A stretch of 64,000 nt of DNA from Vicinamibacteria bacterium (GCA_964291235.2 OZ219816.1:1664001-1728000), one strand, 5' to 3'. Positions 30,030-40,133 are shown, counted from the stretch's first letter. The notes: generated by a model not told the origin, from the letters alone. Translations and numbers: made by a program.

Positions 30030-33000
30030 CTACCGAGCGCGGGCGGCCACCCACTCCTCCATCCGTTCGTAGAGCGTCGGGAGCACGACCAGGGTCAGCA
30101 GCGTCGAGGTGACGATGCCCCCGATCACCACGGTGGCCAGCGGCCGCTGCACCTCGGCCCCCGCGCCCTGTGACAGCGCCATCGGCAGGAAACCGATCGA
30201 GGCCACGGTGGCCGTCATCAGCACCGGCTTCAGCCGCGATCCCGCGCCGCCTACGATCGCTTCCCGGAGCCCGAGCCCCTCGTCCTCCCGGAGCGCCCGG
30301 ATCGCGGCGAGCATCACGATCCCGTTGAGCGTCGCGATTCCGAAGAGGGCGATCAGGCCCACCGAGGCGGACAGGTTGAGCGTCAGTCCCCGGATCCAGA
30401 GGGCCGCGATCCCGCCCACCGCGGCGAACGGCACGTTCAGGAGGATCAGCAGCGCCCAGCGGACCCGGCGGAAGGTGACGAACAGCAGCCCGAAAATGAT
30501 CGCGATGGAAAGCGGCACCACCAGCGCGAGCCGCGACGTGGCCCGCTGCTGGTTCTCGAACTGGCCGCCCCAGGTCAGGTAGTACCCGGAGGGCACCGCC
30601 ACCGCCTCCTCGATCCGGTCCTCCGCCTCGGCCACAAAACTGCCCACGTCGCGGCCCCGGACATTCGTCTGGACCACCAGGCGGCGCTCGCCGTTTTCGT
30701 GGTTGATCGCCTCCGGAGTGGGCGCGGCGGCAATTTCCGCGATCCGGCCCAGCGGGATCCGCTCACCCCCGGGGGCGACGATGGGCAGCGACGCCAGCGC
30801 GGCGGCGTCGGCGCGGCTCTCGGGCGGGAAGCGCACCACCACCGGAAAGCGCCGGGCGCCGTCGAGCATTTCAGTGACCACACTCCCGGCGACGGCGGTC
30901 TCGACGAACTCCTGCACGTCACCCACGTGGAGCCCGTAGCGGGCGAGGGCTTCCCGGTCGAGGCGGACTTCGAGCTGCGCGGCTCCGGACAGGACCTCCA
31001 CCTGGGCGTCGGCGGCGCCGGGGACGGCCTCGATCACCCGCAGCACCTCCACCCCCAACCGTTCGAGGACCGCGGCGTCGGGCCCGAAGATCTTCACCGC
31101 GACGTCCGCCTTGATCCCGGAGACGACCTCGTCGAGGCGCATGGCCATCGGCTGGGTGAAGTTCACCGAAAGCCCGGGGATCTCCGCAAGCGACGCCGCC
31201 ATCGCGTCGATCAGCGCCTCCTTCGAACGCCCGCTCGCCCACTCCTCGTCCGGATGGAGCAGCACGTACACGTCGCCCTGGTAGATGCCCATGGCCTCGG
31301 TGGCCAAGTCCGGCCGGCCCATCTTGGTGACGATCTCCGACACCTCGTCGAACTCGGCGAGCAGCTTCCGTTCCACGCGCGTCGAGATCTCCACGGATTC
31401 CTCGAGCGACACCGAGGGCAGCTTCCGGGTCTCGATCAGGATCGAACCCTCGTCCAGCCGCGGCATGAACTCCGTGCCGAGGAACGGAATGGACCCGACC
31501 GCCGTCAGGATGATGACCGTCGCGATGCCGACCGTCGCCGCCTTCCGGGACATGGCGACCCGCAACACGCCGAGATACCACTCGCGGAGCCGTACGAACC
31601 AGGATGCCTCGCGGTGGACGCCGCCGAACTTCAGCAGGAAGGACGAGACCACCGGGACACCGGTGAGCGAGAGGAGGAGCGACCCAAAGAGCGCCGAGCA
31701 GACCGTGATGGCCATCGGCCGGAACATCTTCCCCTCGAGACCTTCGAGGGTGAGGATCGGCAGATAGACCGCAATGATGATCAGCACCCCGAAGAGCACC
31801 GGCCGGGCAACTTCCACCGCGGCGCCGCGGATGAGGGCGACGCGCCCCCCGGGTTCCCCGCCGTCCCCCCCACCGGCCGCCCGGCGCCGCACGAAGCTCT
31901 CCATCATCACCACCGCGCCGTCCACGATGAGCCCGAAATCAATGGCGCCGAGCGACATCAGGTTCGCCGAAATGCCGAACAGCCGCATGCCCGTGAAACC
32001 GACCAGCATCGAGAGCGGAATGACCGCGGCCACGATGAGCGCCGCCCGGACATCGCGCAGGAATAGGAAGAGGACCACGATGACCAGCAGGCAGCCCTCG
32101 ATGAGGTTCCGGCGCACAGTGGCCGAGGTGCGGTCGATGACCTCGCTCTGGTCGTAGAACGGCTCGATGTCCATCCCCGGCGGCAATCCGGTCAGGATCT
32201 CGGACATCCGCGCCTTGACCAGGTCGGATACCTCAAGCGCGTTCTCGCCCTTGAGCATGACCACCATGCCGCTCGTGACCTCGCCCTCGCCGCCCGCGGT
32301 GACGGCGCCGTTCCGCTGCATCGCCCCCGTTCCGATCTCGGCGATGTCGGAGAGGAGCACCGGCACCCCGTCGTCGGCGCGCACCACCACCCGTTCGAGA
32401 TCCCCGGGTCCGGTGAACAGGCCGATCCCCCGCACGGTGTAGCGCTCGTCGCGCGCTTCGATGAACCCGCCGCTGAACGCCCGGTTGCTGTCCCCGATGG
32501 CGTGGAAGACCTCCCGCAGGGTGAGGTCAAATTCCTCGAGCGCCTCCGGCCGGACGACCACCTCGATCTGCCGGGTGAGGCCGCCCCACGAGTTCACCTC
32601 GCTCACCCCCGGGACCGAGCGGAGCCGGGTGCGCACCTCCCAGTCGTGGATCGTCTTGTTCGCCATCGGGTCGTCGCCGGTGACGACGTACTGGTAGATC
32701 TCGCCGAACGCGGTAGCGGGGGGACCCAGGGTGGGTTCGAGCCCGGCGGGCAGCTGCCCACGGACCTCGGTCAGCCGCTCGGTCACGAGCTGCCGCGCGA
32801 GGTACATCGGCACCGCGTCGTCGAAGACGACGGTGACCAGCGAGAGCCCGAACTTGGAGACCGACCGTACCTCTTCGGCGTCCGGCACTCCCATGAGGGC
32901 CGTCTCGATGGGATAGGAGACCTGCTGCTCGACCTCCGGGGCGCCCAGGCTCGGGGCTTCGGTGATGACGACCACCTGGTTGTTCGTCAGGTCGGGGAAC

Positions 33001-33116
33001 GCCTCCACGGGGAGGTTCCAAAGCGCCGCCGTCCCGATGAGCGCGAGTGCGGCCACGAACACCAAGACCAGGGCGCGCCGGCCCGTGGCGGCGGCGACGA
33101 AGCGCTCGACCAGCAA
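30030..33116 (-). CDS. czcA: CusA/CzcA heavy-metal RND permease
   Basis: EAFPDLT, ANLMSLGAIDFGLIVDGAVV, EGKMFRPMA, GAEVQRPLATVVIGG. Confidence 0.95.
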   Translation of the reverse strand: MLVERFVAAATGRRALVLVFVAALALIGTAALWNLPVEAFPDLTNNQVVVITEAPSLGAPEVEQQVSYPIETALMGVPDAEEVRSVSKFGLSLVTVVFDDAVPMYLARQLVTERLTEVRGQLPAGLEPTLGPPATAFGEIYQYVVTGDDPMANKTIHDWEVRTRLRSVPGVSEVNSWGGLTRQIEVVVRPEALEEFDLTLREVFHAIGDSNRAFSGGFIEARDERYTVRGIGLFTGPGDLERVVVRADDGVPVLLSDIAEIGTGAMQRNGAVTAGGEGEVTSGMVVMLKGENALEVSDLVKARMSEILTGLPPGMDIEPFYDQSEVIDRTSATVRRNLIEGCLLVIVVLFLFLRDVRAALIVAAVIPLSMLVGFTGMRLFGISANLMSLGAIDFGLIVDGAVVMMESFVRRRAAGGGDGGEPGGRVALIRGAAVEVARPVLFGVLIIIAVYLPILTLEGLEGKMFRPMAITVCSALFGSLLLSLTGVPVVSSFLLKFGGVHREASWFVRLREWYLGVLRVAMSRKAATVGIATVIILTAVGSIPFLGTEFMPRLDEGSILIETRKLPSVSLEESVEISTRVERKLLAEFDEVSEIVTKMGRPDLATEAMGIYQGDVYVLLHPDEEWASGRSKEALIDAMAASLAEIPGLSVNFTQPMAMRLDEVVSGIKADVAVKIFGPDAAVLERLGVEVLRVIEAVPGAADAQVEVLSGAAQLEVRLDREALARYGLHVGDVQEFVETAVAGSVVTEMLDGARRFPVVVRFPPESRADAAALASLPIVAPGGERIPLGRIAEIAAAPTPEAINHENGERRLVVQTNVRGRDVGSFVAEAEDRIEEAVAVPSGYYLTWGGQFENQQRATSRLALVVPLSIAIIFGLLFVTFRRVRWALLILLNVPFAAVGGIAALWIRGLTLNLSASVGLIALFGIATLNGIVMLAAIRALREDEGLGLREAIVGGAGSRLKPVLMTATVASIGFLPMALSQGAGAEVQRPLATVVIGGIVTSTLLTLVVLPTLYERMEEWVAARAR

Positions 33117-33120
33117 ACGG

Positions 33121-34317
33121 CTACTCCTCTTCGGGGAGGCCGATCAGGGCCGACTTGAGCAGGAAGGCCCCCTCGGTGGCGACCACTTCGCCCGCCGCCA
33201 GGCCCTCGATGATCTCGACGTCACCGTCGAAGGAGGCGCCGGTGACCACCGGGCGCCGCCGGAACTCCCCGGGGCCGGCCTCGACGAAGACCACCGACTC
33301 GCCGGCGAGTTCCTGCACGGCGTCCGCCGGCGCCACCAGCAGGCTCCGCGGGGTGCCGGAAGCGACCGTCAGTCTCGCGAACATCTCGGGTTTGAGACGG
33401 CCGTCCCGGTTGTCCGCCTCGGCCCGGATCGTCACCCGGCGGGTGTCCGGATTGATCACGTCGCCGATGGTGGTGAGCGTGGCGGAGAAGACCTCATCCG
33501 GCCACGCTTCCACCCGGAACTCGACGGGCTCCGGCGCCGAAAGGCGATGGAGGTCGGTTTCCGGGACCTCGGCGGTGATCCAGACGCTCGACAGGTCCGA
33601 AACCACTACCAGCGGCGTCCCCAGGGTAACCGCCTCGCCCGGCGAGGCGCGCCGCTCGATGACGGCGCCGCCGAACGGCGCGCGCACGGGGACGTGCTCG
33701 TTTTCGCGCGGGTCGGCGTCCGGGCTGGGGGTGAGGCCGTAGTGCAGGAGATCCTGCTCGGTCCGCCCGACATCGGCTTGGGCGGCAGCGAGTTCTTCCT
33801 CGGCCGCGCCCAGATCGGCGCGAGCCCGTTCGAGTTCCTGCTCCGCGAGCGCCTTGTCGGCCACCAGCCGCTCGGCGCGCGCCGTGGCGGTCCGCGCGTA
33901 GCTCAATCCGGCCTCGGCGTGCTGTCGGCGGGCCGCCGCCGTGAAGTACTCGGCCCAGACGTCGTGGATCTGATGGCTGAGAATGAGCGCCAGCACCGCG
34001 CCGGCCTCGACCCGGTCTCCCGGTTGGACCAGCACTTCGGCGACCACGCCGTCCACGATGGCACCCGGACGAGCGGTGCGCCGCTCGTCGAGGTTCACCA
34101 CCCCGAGGGCTTCGAGCGCATCCGTCCGGGTCACCTCCCGCACCGTGGCGGTCGTGATCCCCGCCGCCTCACGCCCCGCCGCGGTCATGGTGACGACGCC
34201 GGTAGCGGAATCGGCAGTGGCCGGCGACGAAGATGGGGCTTCGGGGGCGTCGCCGCAGGCGAGCCCGAGCAGAAGGAGCGGGAGCAAAGGGGCGCGGGTC
34301 ATGGCAGCGCTGGTCAT
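33121..34317 (-). CDS. czcB: RND periplasmic adaptor (CzcB-like)
   Basis: LGLAC lipobox; VRAPFGG; LKPEMF; GLAAGEVV. Confidence 0.9.
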   Translation of the reverse strand: MTSAAMTRAPLLPLLLLGLACGDAPEAPSSSPATADSATGVVTMTAAGREAAGITTATVREVTRTDALEALGVVNLDERRTARPGAIVDGVVAEVLVQPGDRVEAGAVLALILSHQIHDVWAEYFTAAARRQHAEAGLSYARTATARAERLVADKALAEQELERARADLGAAEEELAAAQADVGRTEQDLLHYGLTPSPDADPRENEHVPVRAPFGGAVIERRASPGEAVTLGTPLVVVSDLSSVWITAEVPETDLHRLSAPEPVEFRVEAWPDEVFSATLTTIGDVINPDTRRVTIRAEADNRDGRLKPEMFARLTVASGTPRSLLVAPADAVQELAGESVVFVEAGPGEFRRRPVVTGASFDGDVEIIEGLAAGEVVATEGAFLLKSALIGLPEEE

Positions 34318-35552
34318 GGCAGGGGCGCCTCCCCGAGCGCCAGCCGGGCCGCGACGGCGGCGGCAAGCGCTTCGATCCGGATGTCGTTCGCGAGGAGCCG
34401 GGCGCCGGCGAAGGCGCGCTCGGCATCCACCACCCGGAGGGGGTCGGCCGTGCCGAGGTCGAATGCGGACCTCATTGCGGTGCGCGCGATGGTAGCGGGG
34501 TCAACGAGTTGGGCGTCCGCCCCGCTCGCCGCCTCGGCCAGCCGCCGGGCGGTTCGGAGGGCGGCCGTCGCGTCCGCCTCCGCGCGCCGGGTGACGAAGT
34601 CCCGTTCGAGTTCCGCGGCGCGGACCTCTCCGCGGGCGAGTGCCGTGGCCACCTGGTTGCGGTCAAAGAACGGGAGGCCCACTCCGATTACCAGGACGCC
34701 GGTGTTCTGGTCGAGAGTGCGCTTCAGTCCGCCGCGCACCGTCAGGTCCGGGACCCGGAGGGAGTTCTGGAGGTTGAGCCCGCGTTCGGCGGTCTCGACC
34801 CGCGTCGCGGCGGAACGGACGTCGGGCCGGGCGGCCGCCACCTCCGCGGCGAGCGCCTGCGCCTCACCGGCCGGCAGCGGCACCGGGCCGGGCCGGACGA
34901 GCGCCACCGCCGTGGCTCCCTCCGGCAGGCCGGCTAGCGCCTGGAGATCGAGAAACGCCCGATCGGTCGCCGCCTCGGCCCGAGTCAGAGCGATGGCGAC
35001 AGCGGTGGCTTCGGCGGCAAGCCGGGCGCGATCAGCGTCCGGCGCGAACCCCTCGGCCACCCGGCGTTCGAGGACGCGGACCAGTTCGTCGAGCGCGTCA
35101 CGCTGTTCCGCCAGGATCGCCGCCTGATCGCGGAGGCGGACGGTTTCGAGGAAACGCCCGGCCAGTTCTCCTTCTATCGCCCGCATGGCGGCGAAGGCAT
35201 CGGCCCGGGCCGCCTCCGCGCCGGCCAGCGCCGCTCCTTTCCGCGCGCCCCGCTTGCCGCCGAGTTCGAGCCGCTGGGTGACGGTAACGAAGCTGTCGTA
35301 GGGAAGGCCCGGCGATGGAGCGCCCCAGTTCTCGCTCTGGAACTCGAGAGCCGGGTCGGTCCAGCGCCCGGCCACTCCCGCGGCGGCGACTGCCGCCTGC
35401 TCGCGAGACCGCGCCGCCGCGATCCGGGGTGACTGGCCCCGTCCGGCCGCCAGCACTTCGGCCAGCGTGATGGGCTCCGGCGCCGGACCTTCCTGGGCGA
35501 CTGCCGGAGCCGCGCCCAGGAGCCAGGCGGCCAGGAGAACGGTGCTGCGCAT
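34314..35552 (-). CDS. czcC: TolC-family outer membrane factor (CzcC-like)
   Basis: ATG 35552 with GAGGAGG RBS; QRLELGGKR, RPDV, GLPFFDRNQ; ATGA overlap with the adaptor gene. Confidence 0.88.
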   Translation of the reverse strand: MRSTVLLAAWLLGAAPAVAQEGPAPEPITLAEVLAAGRGQSPRIAAARSREQAAVAAAGVAGRWTDPALEFQSENWGAPSPGLPYDSFVTVTQRLELGGKRGARKGAALAGAEAARADAFAAMRAIEGELAGRFLETVRLRDQAAILAEQRDALDELVRVLERRVAEGFAPDADRARLAAEATAVAIALTRAEAATDRAFLDLQALAGLPEGATAVALVRPGPVPLPAGEAQALAAEVAAARPDVRSAATRVETAERGLNLQNSLRVPDLTVRGGLKRTLDQNTGVLVIGVGLPFFDRNQVATALARGEVRAAELERDFVTRRAEADATAALRTARRLAEAASGADAQLVDPATIARTAMRSAFDLGTADPLRVVDAERAFAGARLLANDIRIEALAAAVAARLALGEAPLP

Positions 35553-35648
35553 GTCGGCCTCCTCGTATCGGGGCGGGAGCCTACCCGCAGCCTTGGTCCG
35601 GCGGGCACCTTGAGGTCCCGGGTCCGACCGGGCAGACTTCAACCGCCC

Positions 35649-36176
35649 ATGCCCAACGGCGGATCCGACTGCTGCGGAACCTGCTGGTTCAATCGGGCCA
35701 ACCGCGGCAGGGCCGGCAGCGTCAATCACGACCACTCGGTCCCATCGCATTGCGAGATCCGCGACCTGCCAATCGAGGATCCCTTCTACACCTACTGCGC
35801 GAACCATCCCTATCGCCGCCCGGATCGGGATCCCGTCCCCATCGGGCCGATCCTGCGCCCGGGGCCCGTCACCGCCGAAACCCCGGAAATCGAACCCATC
35901 GTCCTCGACACCGGCACGGAGTGGTCCGCCCGGGTCGTCTGGAGGCGCTCTCCGGATACCGAAGAGATCCGGGAACACCTGCTGGCGCTGCTGATCGACC
36001 TCGGACGGGAGTCCGCAAAGGACACTTACATCGCGACTCCCGACCTGGCGGCTGCCGTCATCTGGCAACTCGGCGAGTTTCGCGAGGACCGCGCCGTGCC
36101 GGCGCTGCTGTGCATCCTCGAACACGAGGACTATCCCCTGGCCGGGCAGGCCCTCGCCAGGATCCGGGGCGGTTGA
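35649..36176 (+). CDS. Hypothetical protein: Cys/His-rich N-terminus + HEAT-like C-terminus
   Basis: MPNGGSDCCGTCWFN...HCEIR...YCANHP; AVIWQLGEFREDRAVPAL. Confidence 0.65.
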   Translation: MPNGGSDCCGTCWFNRANRGRAGSVNHDHSVPSHCEIRDLPIEDPFYTYCANHPYRRPDRDPVPIGPILRPGPVTAETPEIEPIVLDTGTEWSARVVWRRSPDTEEIREHLLALLIDLGRESAKDTYIATPDLAAAVIWQLGEFREDRAVPALLCILEHEDYPLAGQALARIRGG

Positions 36177-36237
36177 GCGCTCGCGGCGGGCGCCGGGAGG
36201 ACGGGAAAGCTGGACGACGCGCTCAGGTCGCGGCCGT

Positions 36238-37923
36238 TCAGTGATGCTCGCGCAGGCAGTAAAGGATTTCCTGCATCACCCGGCAGTCCACCTCGTTGTA
36301 CTCCTCGATCTCCAGCATCAACCCGGTGTCTGCCAGGCGGACCCCCTTGCGCTGCGCCTCCTCGTCCGAGCGCCAGGCGCCGACCATCGCCCCCTGTCCA
36401 TCCACCTTCGAGTCACCCCACGAGGTCTCGATGAGTCCGCGCTCGTGGAGGGCGTTGGCGACCGCCTTGAGTCCCAGGCCGTGCGCGCCGCAGACGAAGA
36501 CCGGCTGGGCCTTGAAGACCCTCTTGTGGAGGTCGAAAAAATCGAGATCGAGCCACCCTTCGTCCGGGTGACGTGCTCTCGCTGAGTCATACCATCCGCG
36601 TTCCGCATCGCTCCAGTGGAAGACCGGGGGGTCTTGGACGCCGAAACGACGACCCAGCTCGTCCATATGGTCGAGCCAGGCCTCGACGATCCGCGCCTCG
36701 CCGTCGGCGTCGAGCCGCTCTGCGACAAAGCACCGGAACTGCCAGGCGCCGTCCTCGACGTGGCCGCAGCCGATCATGAAGATCATCGCCTGACCGCCCG
36801 CCTGCGGGAAGGCGCCGAAGTCGTCGTTCAGATCGTTCACCGTCTCGAAGTCACAGAAGAACTCGAGCGGCGGGCTCTCGCGCCACCGCTCCTCCTCGAC
36901 GGTGACCCTCTCCGGCAACAGGGCCGGTCGCGACAGGGCAGGCCCCGGCGGGTCTGCGTGGATCGGTTCCCGACGCTCGCGGCCGATGGAACTGATGGCA
37001 TCGCTCCACGGCGCCGACGGCTTCCCCCGAGGCTCAAGTTCGGGCACCGACGGCTCGGGCAGCGGGCTCCAGCCCCCTCCCTCGCGGCGCAGCCTGCGGA
37101 TCCAGTCGGCGGCCTCGGTCGTTCTCTCACGGAGAACGTCGCCCATGGAAACCGGGCCGAGCCGCTCCACGGCAACGCCACTCCGCATCTCGAACTTCTG
37201 CTTCTTGCGGGTGTACGTGTGTTCGTAGCCGCGCCCGATCAAGAAGGCCCGGGGCGGCGCGTAGCCCTGGAGGCGACCGAGCGCCGCGTTATAGACGAAG
37301 AGCTGTCCCTTGTAGGCGGGCGTCGAAGAGCCCTGGTTGAGCACGCTCTTGCGACCCTTCCCCAAGTGGAGCTTCGCAAACTTGGCATCCAGGACGAGGT
37401 AGTGCCACGGCCGATCCAGCTCCGGGGCCGGCCGCTCTCCCTCCCCCGGCTCCAAGTGATCGGGAAACAGCCGGTCGAACACATCGGAGCGGACCAGGAA
37501 ATCGGGCGCTCCGTAGGTGCGGTCTTCCGGGTTCCAGAGGACCCCCTGGTGGACGATCTCGCGCCCATCCGCCAACGCGGCGACGGTCTTCTTCGCCGAG
37601 TCGAGGTCCTGGCTGTCGAGCCCGGAAGCCCCGATTCGGACGAGATCGCTGCGGCCGGCAAGCCAGGCGGCCACCGCGTCTTCGAACGCGACGCCCCGGT
37701 CTCGGACGAAGCGGAAGAAGTCCAGCCGCTCGTCGTACCCGGGACGGGCGCTGTCGCGCTGGAATCCATTGGCCTCGCCGTAGAGCTCCAACCAATCCCC
37801 GAGGGTGTTCTTCAGCAGATACCCGCGAAGCTTCGTGGCGGATACCCACGCGCCCCAATCCCCGCGCGTCCGCGGCGTCACGTCGTTGCCGGCGTCGTCG
37901 TGCGTCAGGTTGGAGAACTTCAC
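36238..37923 (-). CDS. TM0106-type RecB-like nuclease with C-terminal RNase H-like domain
   Basis: GAPDFLVRSD...LDAK (PD-D/ExK), QLFVY; FCDFET, FMIGCG, FHWS.AE, GLKAVA, YNEVDC. Confidence 0.85.
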   Translation of the reverse strand: MKFSNLTHDDAGNDVTPRTRGDWGAWVSATKLRGYLLKNTLGDWLELYGEANGFQRDSARPGYDERLDFFRFVRDRGVAFEDAVAAWLAGRSDLVRIGASGLDSQDLDSAKKTVAALADGREIVHQGVLWNPEDRTYGAPDFLVRSDVFDRLFPDHLEPGEGERPAPELDRPWHYLVLDAKFAKLHLGKGRKSVLNQGSSTPAYKGQLFVYNAALGRLQGYAPPRAFLIGRGYEHTYTRKKQKFEMRSGVAVERLGPVSMGDVLRERTTEAADWIRRLRREGGGWSPLPEPSVPELEPRGKPSAPWSDAISSIGRERREPIHADPPGPALSRPALLPERVTVEEERWRESPPLEFFCDFETVNDLNDDFGAFPQAGGQAMIFMIGCGHVEDGAWQFRCFVAERLDADGEARIVEAWLDHMDELGRRFGVQDPPVFHWSDAERGWYDSARARHPDEGWLDLDFFDLHKRVFKAQPVFVCGAHGLGLKAVANALHERGLIETSWGDSKVDGQGAMVGAWRSDEEAQRKGVRLADTGLMLEIEEYNEVDCRVMQEILYCLREHH

Positions 37924-38003
37924 TTCGTCACCTTACAGGAGATGACAGCACCCGGAGGGACCACCACGTCACCCGCGGTCGCCGGACAATGGCCGGTGCG
38001 AAA

Positions 38004-38368
38004 TGACCATGGCTTCCGGCCGGATTGACCATGGCTCGGGGTCGTCTGCCGGGTTTTTGACCGGAGTTCCCGATCGCCCATTCCGGCTCCTTCGCGATAC
38101 CGGTTCCGGAACCGGAATCCGGGGAATACCGGCCGGAAATGCCGAATCCGGGCCGGAAATAGCCGGTATTTCGAGGCTGTGGGCCGGTTTCGGCCGGAAA
38201 CCGAAAAATCCACGAATTCGGTCTCCGGAAGCCCGAATTCCGCCTTTGACCATGGCTTTCGGGGCAAATTCGAGGTTTGACCATGGCTCGGACGCCGTTT
38301 GACCATGGTTCCGGCATTTGACCATGGCTCCGACCTTTGACCATGGCTCCCGCGTTTGACCAAGGCTC
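38004..38368 (+). repeat. Array of eight (TT)TGACCA(T/A)GG direct repeats (iteron/operator-like)
   Basis: TGACC at 38004, 38026, 38247, 38278, 38300, 38319, 38338, 38357. Confidence 0.9.
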
Positions 38369-38402
38369 TCCGAAAAGGTCGCCGGGCCGCGACGCTGATC
38401 GT

Positions 38403-39290
38403 TCAGGCGCCGGCGCCGTACGCCTGGTCCGGGTGACTCCGGTTGCCGGGATAGCGGAGCCGGAGCTGGCCGGATTTCAGCAGCGGCCGGAGGTGGCGCT
38501 TTTGCAGGTTGCTCGCGTCCATCCCGAGCCAGTCCGCGAGATCGCCCACCGTCGTCCATTCTCGATCCGCGCAGATGTCCAGGATGAGCTGGCGGAGCGG
38601 TTTCGAGCGCTTTCGCTTTCCGAGGGCGCGGATGCGGTCCCGGAAGACCTCGGGGAGTTCGCCGCCCAGATCGGCCTTGTCGGGTTCGTCGCTCTCCGGA
38701 ACGACCGCGGACGGCGGGAGGATGGCGGGTGCGCGCCGCGGCAACCGGTGGCGGGGGCGAACTTCGATTTTCGGCTTCGGCTCGGAGACACGCCGCGCCC
38801 GGCGCCCCGGTTCACCGTCGTCACCTACCAACGAAACGAGGCCCTCCCCGAGGTCCTCCACCCCCTCGGCCACATCCCCGGAGCGCGTCCCGATCCGGAC
38901 CGCGTCCTTCCCGAAACGCCGCATTCCCTCGCCGATGCGACGGAGCCTCACGCCCCCGGCGTCACGGCGGTCCCTGCCCCAGGCACTGACTTTGCCGCCG
39001 ATCTCTCCCGCCGCCTGCCCGACCTTGACGGCGCCCTCGGACACGCGGACCGCGGTGTTCCCCGCCTTCTCGATGCCGCGGGCGATGGGGCCGGCGTTCT
39101 GGTCGAGCCATTTCCAAGTGGCCTGAAGGCCGCGTCCGATCGCGCGCACCCAGAGCCAGACGCCCCGGAAGAAGGGGTGGCGGAAGAAGCGCCGGACGGC
39201 GCCCATCCCGGGCGGGTCGCCGGGCCGGCGCGCGGGGGCCTGCGGCGCATTCCCTGGCGCTGGGGTTTTTTCTTCGTGGTGCAGGGTCAA
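38403..39290 (-). CDS. Protein with amphipathic N-terminal region and Fic/RecG-C-type C-terminal winged HTH
   Basis: LRQLILDIC...LADWLG...HLRPLLKSGQLRLRYPGNRSHPDQAY; start may be ATG 39206. Confidence 0.7.
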   Translation of the reverse strand: MTLHHEEKTPAPGNAPQAPARRPGDPPGMGAVRRFFRHPFFRGVWLWVRAIGRGLQATWKWLDQNAGPIARGIEKAGNTAVRVSEGAVKVGQAAGEIGGKVSAWGRDRRDAGGVRLRRIGEGMRRFGKDAVRIGTRSGDVAEGVEDLGEGLVSLVGDDGEPGRRARRVSEPKPKIEVRPRHRLPRRAPAILPPSAVVPESDEPDKADLGGELPEVFRDRIRALGKRKRSKPLRQLILDICADREWTTVGDLADWLGMDASNLQKRHLRPLLKSGQLRLRYPGNRSHPDQAYGAGA

Positions 39291-39421
39291 GAACAGGCGC
39301 CCGGTCTCGGGGACTGTATTCGTAAGTCAAGGTCGCTGCTAGGAGTTTTCGCTGCGCTGTACGCGACCACGCCGGCCTCGGGGGCTGGCCCGGCGTTCGC
39401 GGTGGGGGCTCCCGTGCCAGT

Positions 39422-39531
39422 GCGCCACCACGGCTGGCGTGGTGCACGCCGAGAGGGGAGCCATCCCGGTCACCGGGAGTCCGTCCCGCCGCCCCGCTTC
39501 GCGGGGCTGCGCCGGTCTGGAGGACGGCGTT
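39422..39531 (+). repeat. Family B ~110 bp repeat (left flank of the TA pair)
   Basis: GCCACCA..ACGCCGAGAGGG..double hairpin..GGCGTT; homologs at 17500, 25275 and 40204. Confidence 0.7.
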
Positions 39532-39532
39532 G

Positions 39533-39847
39533 CTATACGCGCGTCTCCGCCTCGGGAACCTCCAACAGGCGCTCGCTTCGCCAGACGCGCACGATCGAAA
39601 CGCCGTCCGGCTCACGGCGATAGACGATGCGGAAGGGCGGCCGGATGAGTTCGCGCAGTGAATCCTCGCTGAACTCCGGGACGATTCGTCCGGCATCCGG
39701 CATCTCGCCGAGTAGCTGGATGCTCTTCAGAATCCGCCTGAGGGTCCGCCCACCGGCTTCGGGGGCGCCCTGTTCCGCATACCAGCGTCTCAGTTCTTCC
39801 AGATCCCGGACCGCCGATTCCGCCAGCCGAATGGCCCTCCTCGGCAT
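39533..39847 (-). CDS. RelE/ParE family toxin
   Basis: SAVRDLEEL, MPDAGRIVPE, LRELIRPPFRIVY, IVRVWRSERLL. Confidence 0.9.
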   Translation of the reverse strand: MPRRAIRLAESAVRDLEELRRWYAEQGAPEAGGRTLRRILKSIQLLGEMPDAGRIVPEFSEDSLRELIRPPFRIVYRREPDGVSIVRVWRSERLLEVPEAETRV

Positions 39848-39851
39848 GGAG

Positions 39852-40133
39852 TCAATCGAGACCGAGCCGCGTCACAGCTTCGGCAAACGACAGGTCACGT
39901 CCGGCCTCGAGGTCGGCAAGACCGATCACGACCGCCCGCATGAACTCCCGTTCCTCCGCGGCGGCGTCGAAGTCTGCGACGGACTGGACAACGGCTACGC
40001 CGCGACCCCGGCGGGTCAGGAGAACCGGCCGTCCGGCATCTGTCGCGTGACGAACCACCCGGGCGGGGTTGGTCTTGAGATCGGTGAGCGGAATCACGTC
40101 TTCGGAGAATCTGGTGGTCATATTCGTCCTCAC
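39852..40133 (-). CDS. Phd/YefM family antitoxin
   Basis: EDVIPLTDLK, RPVLLTRRGRGVAVVQSV; ACAGGTCTG direct repeat x2 at 40132-40152 as a likely operator. Confidence 0.9.
   Translation of the reverse strand: MRTNMTTRFSEDVIPLTDLKTNPARVVRHATDAGRPVLLTRRGRGVAVVQSVADFDAAAEEREFMRAVVIGLADLEAGRDLSFAEAVTRLGLD

Noticed and set aside
38004-38368. CRISPR or mini-array linked to a Cas4-like nuclease
   Set aside because: Repeats are ~13 bp and the gaps within each cluster are only ~5-17 bp, too short for spacers; no cas1/cas2
37920-38559. ORFs across the repeat array
   Set aside because: Repeat spacing shifts frame (PWS/HGQ/MVK alternate); no coherent protein
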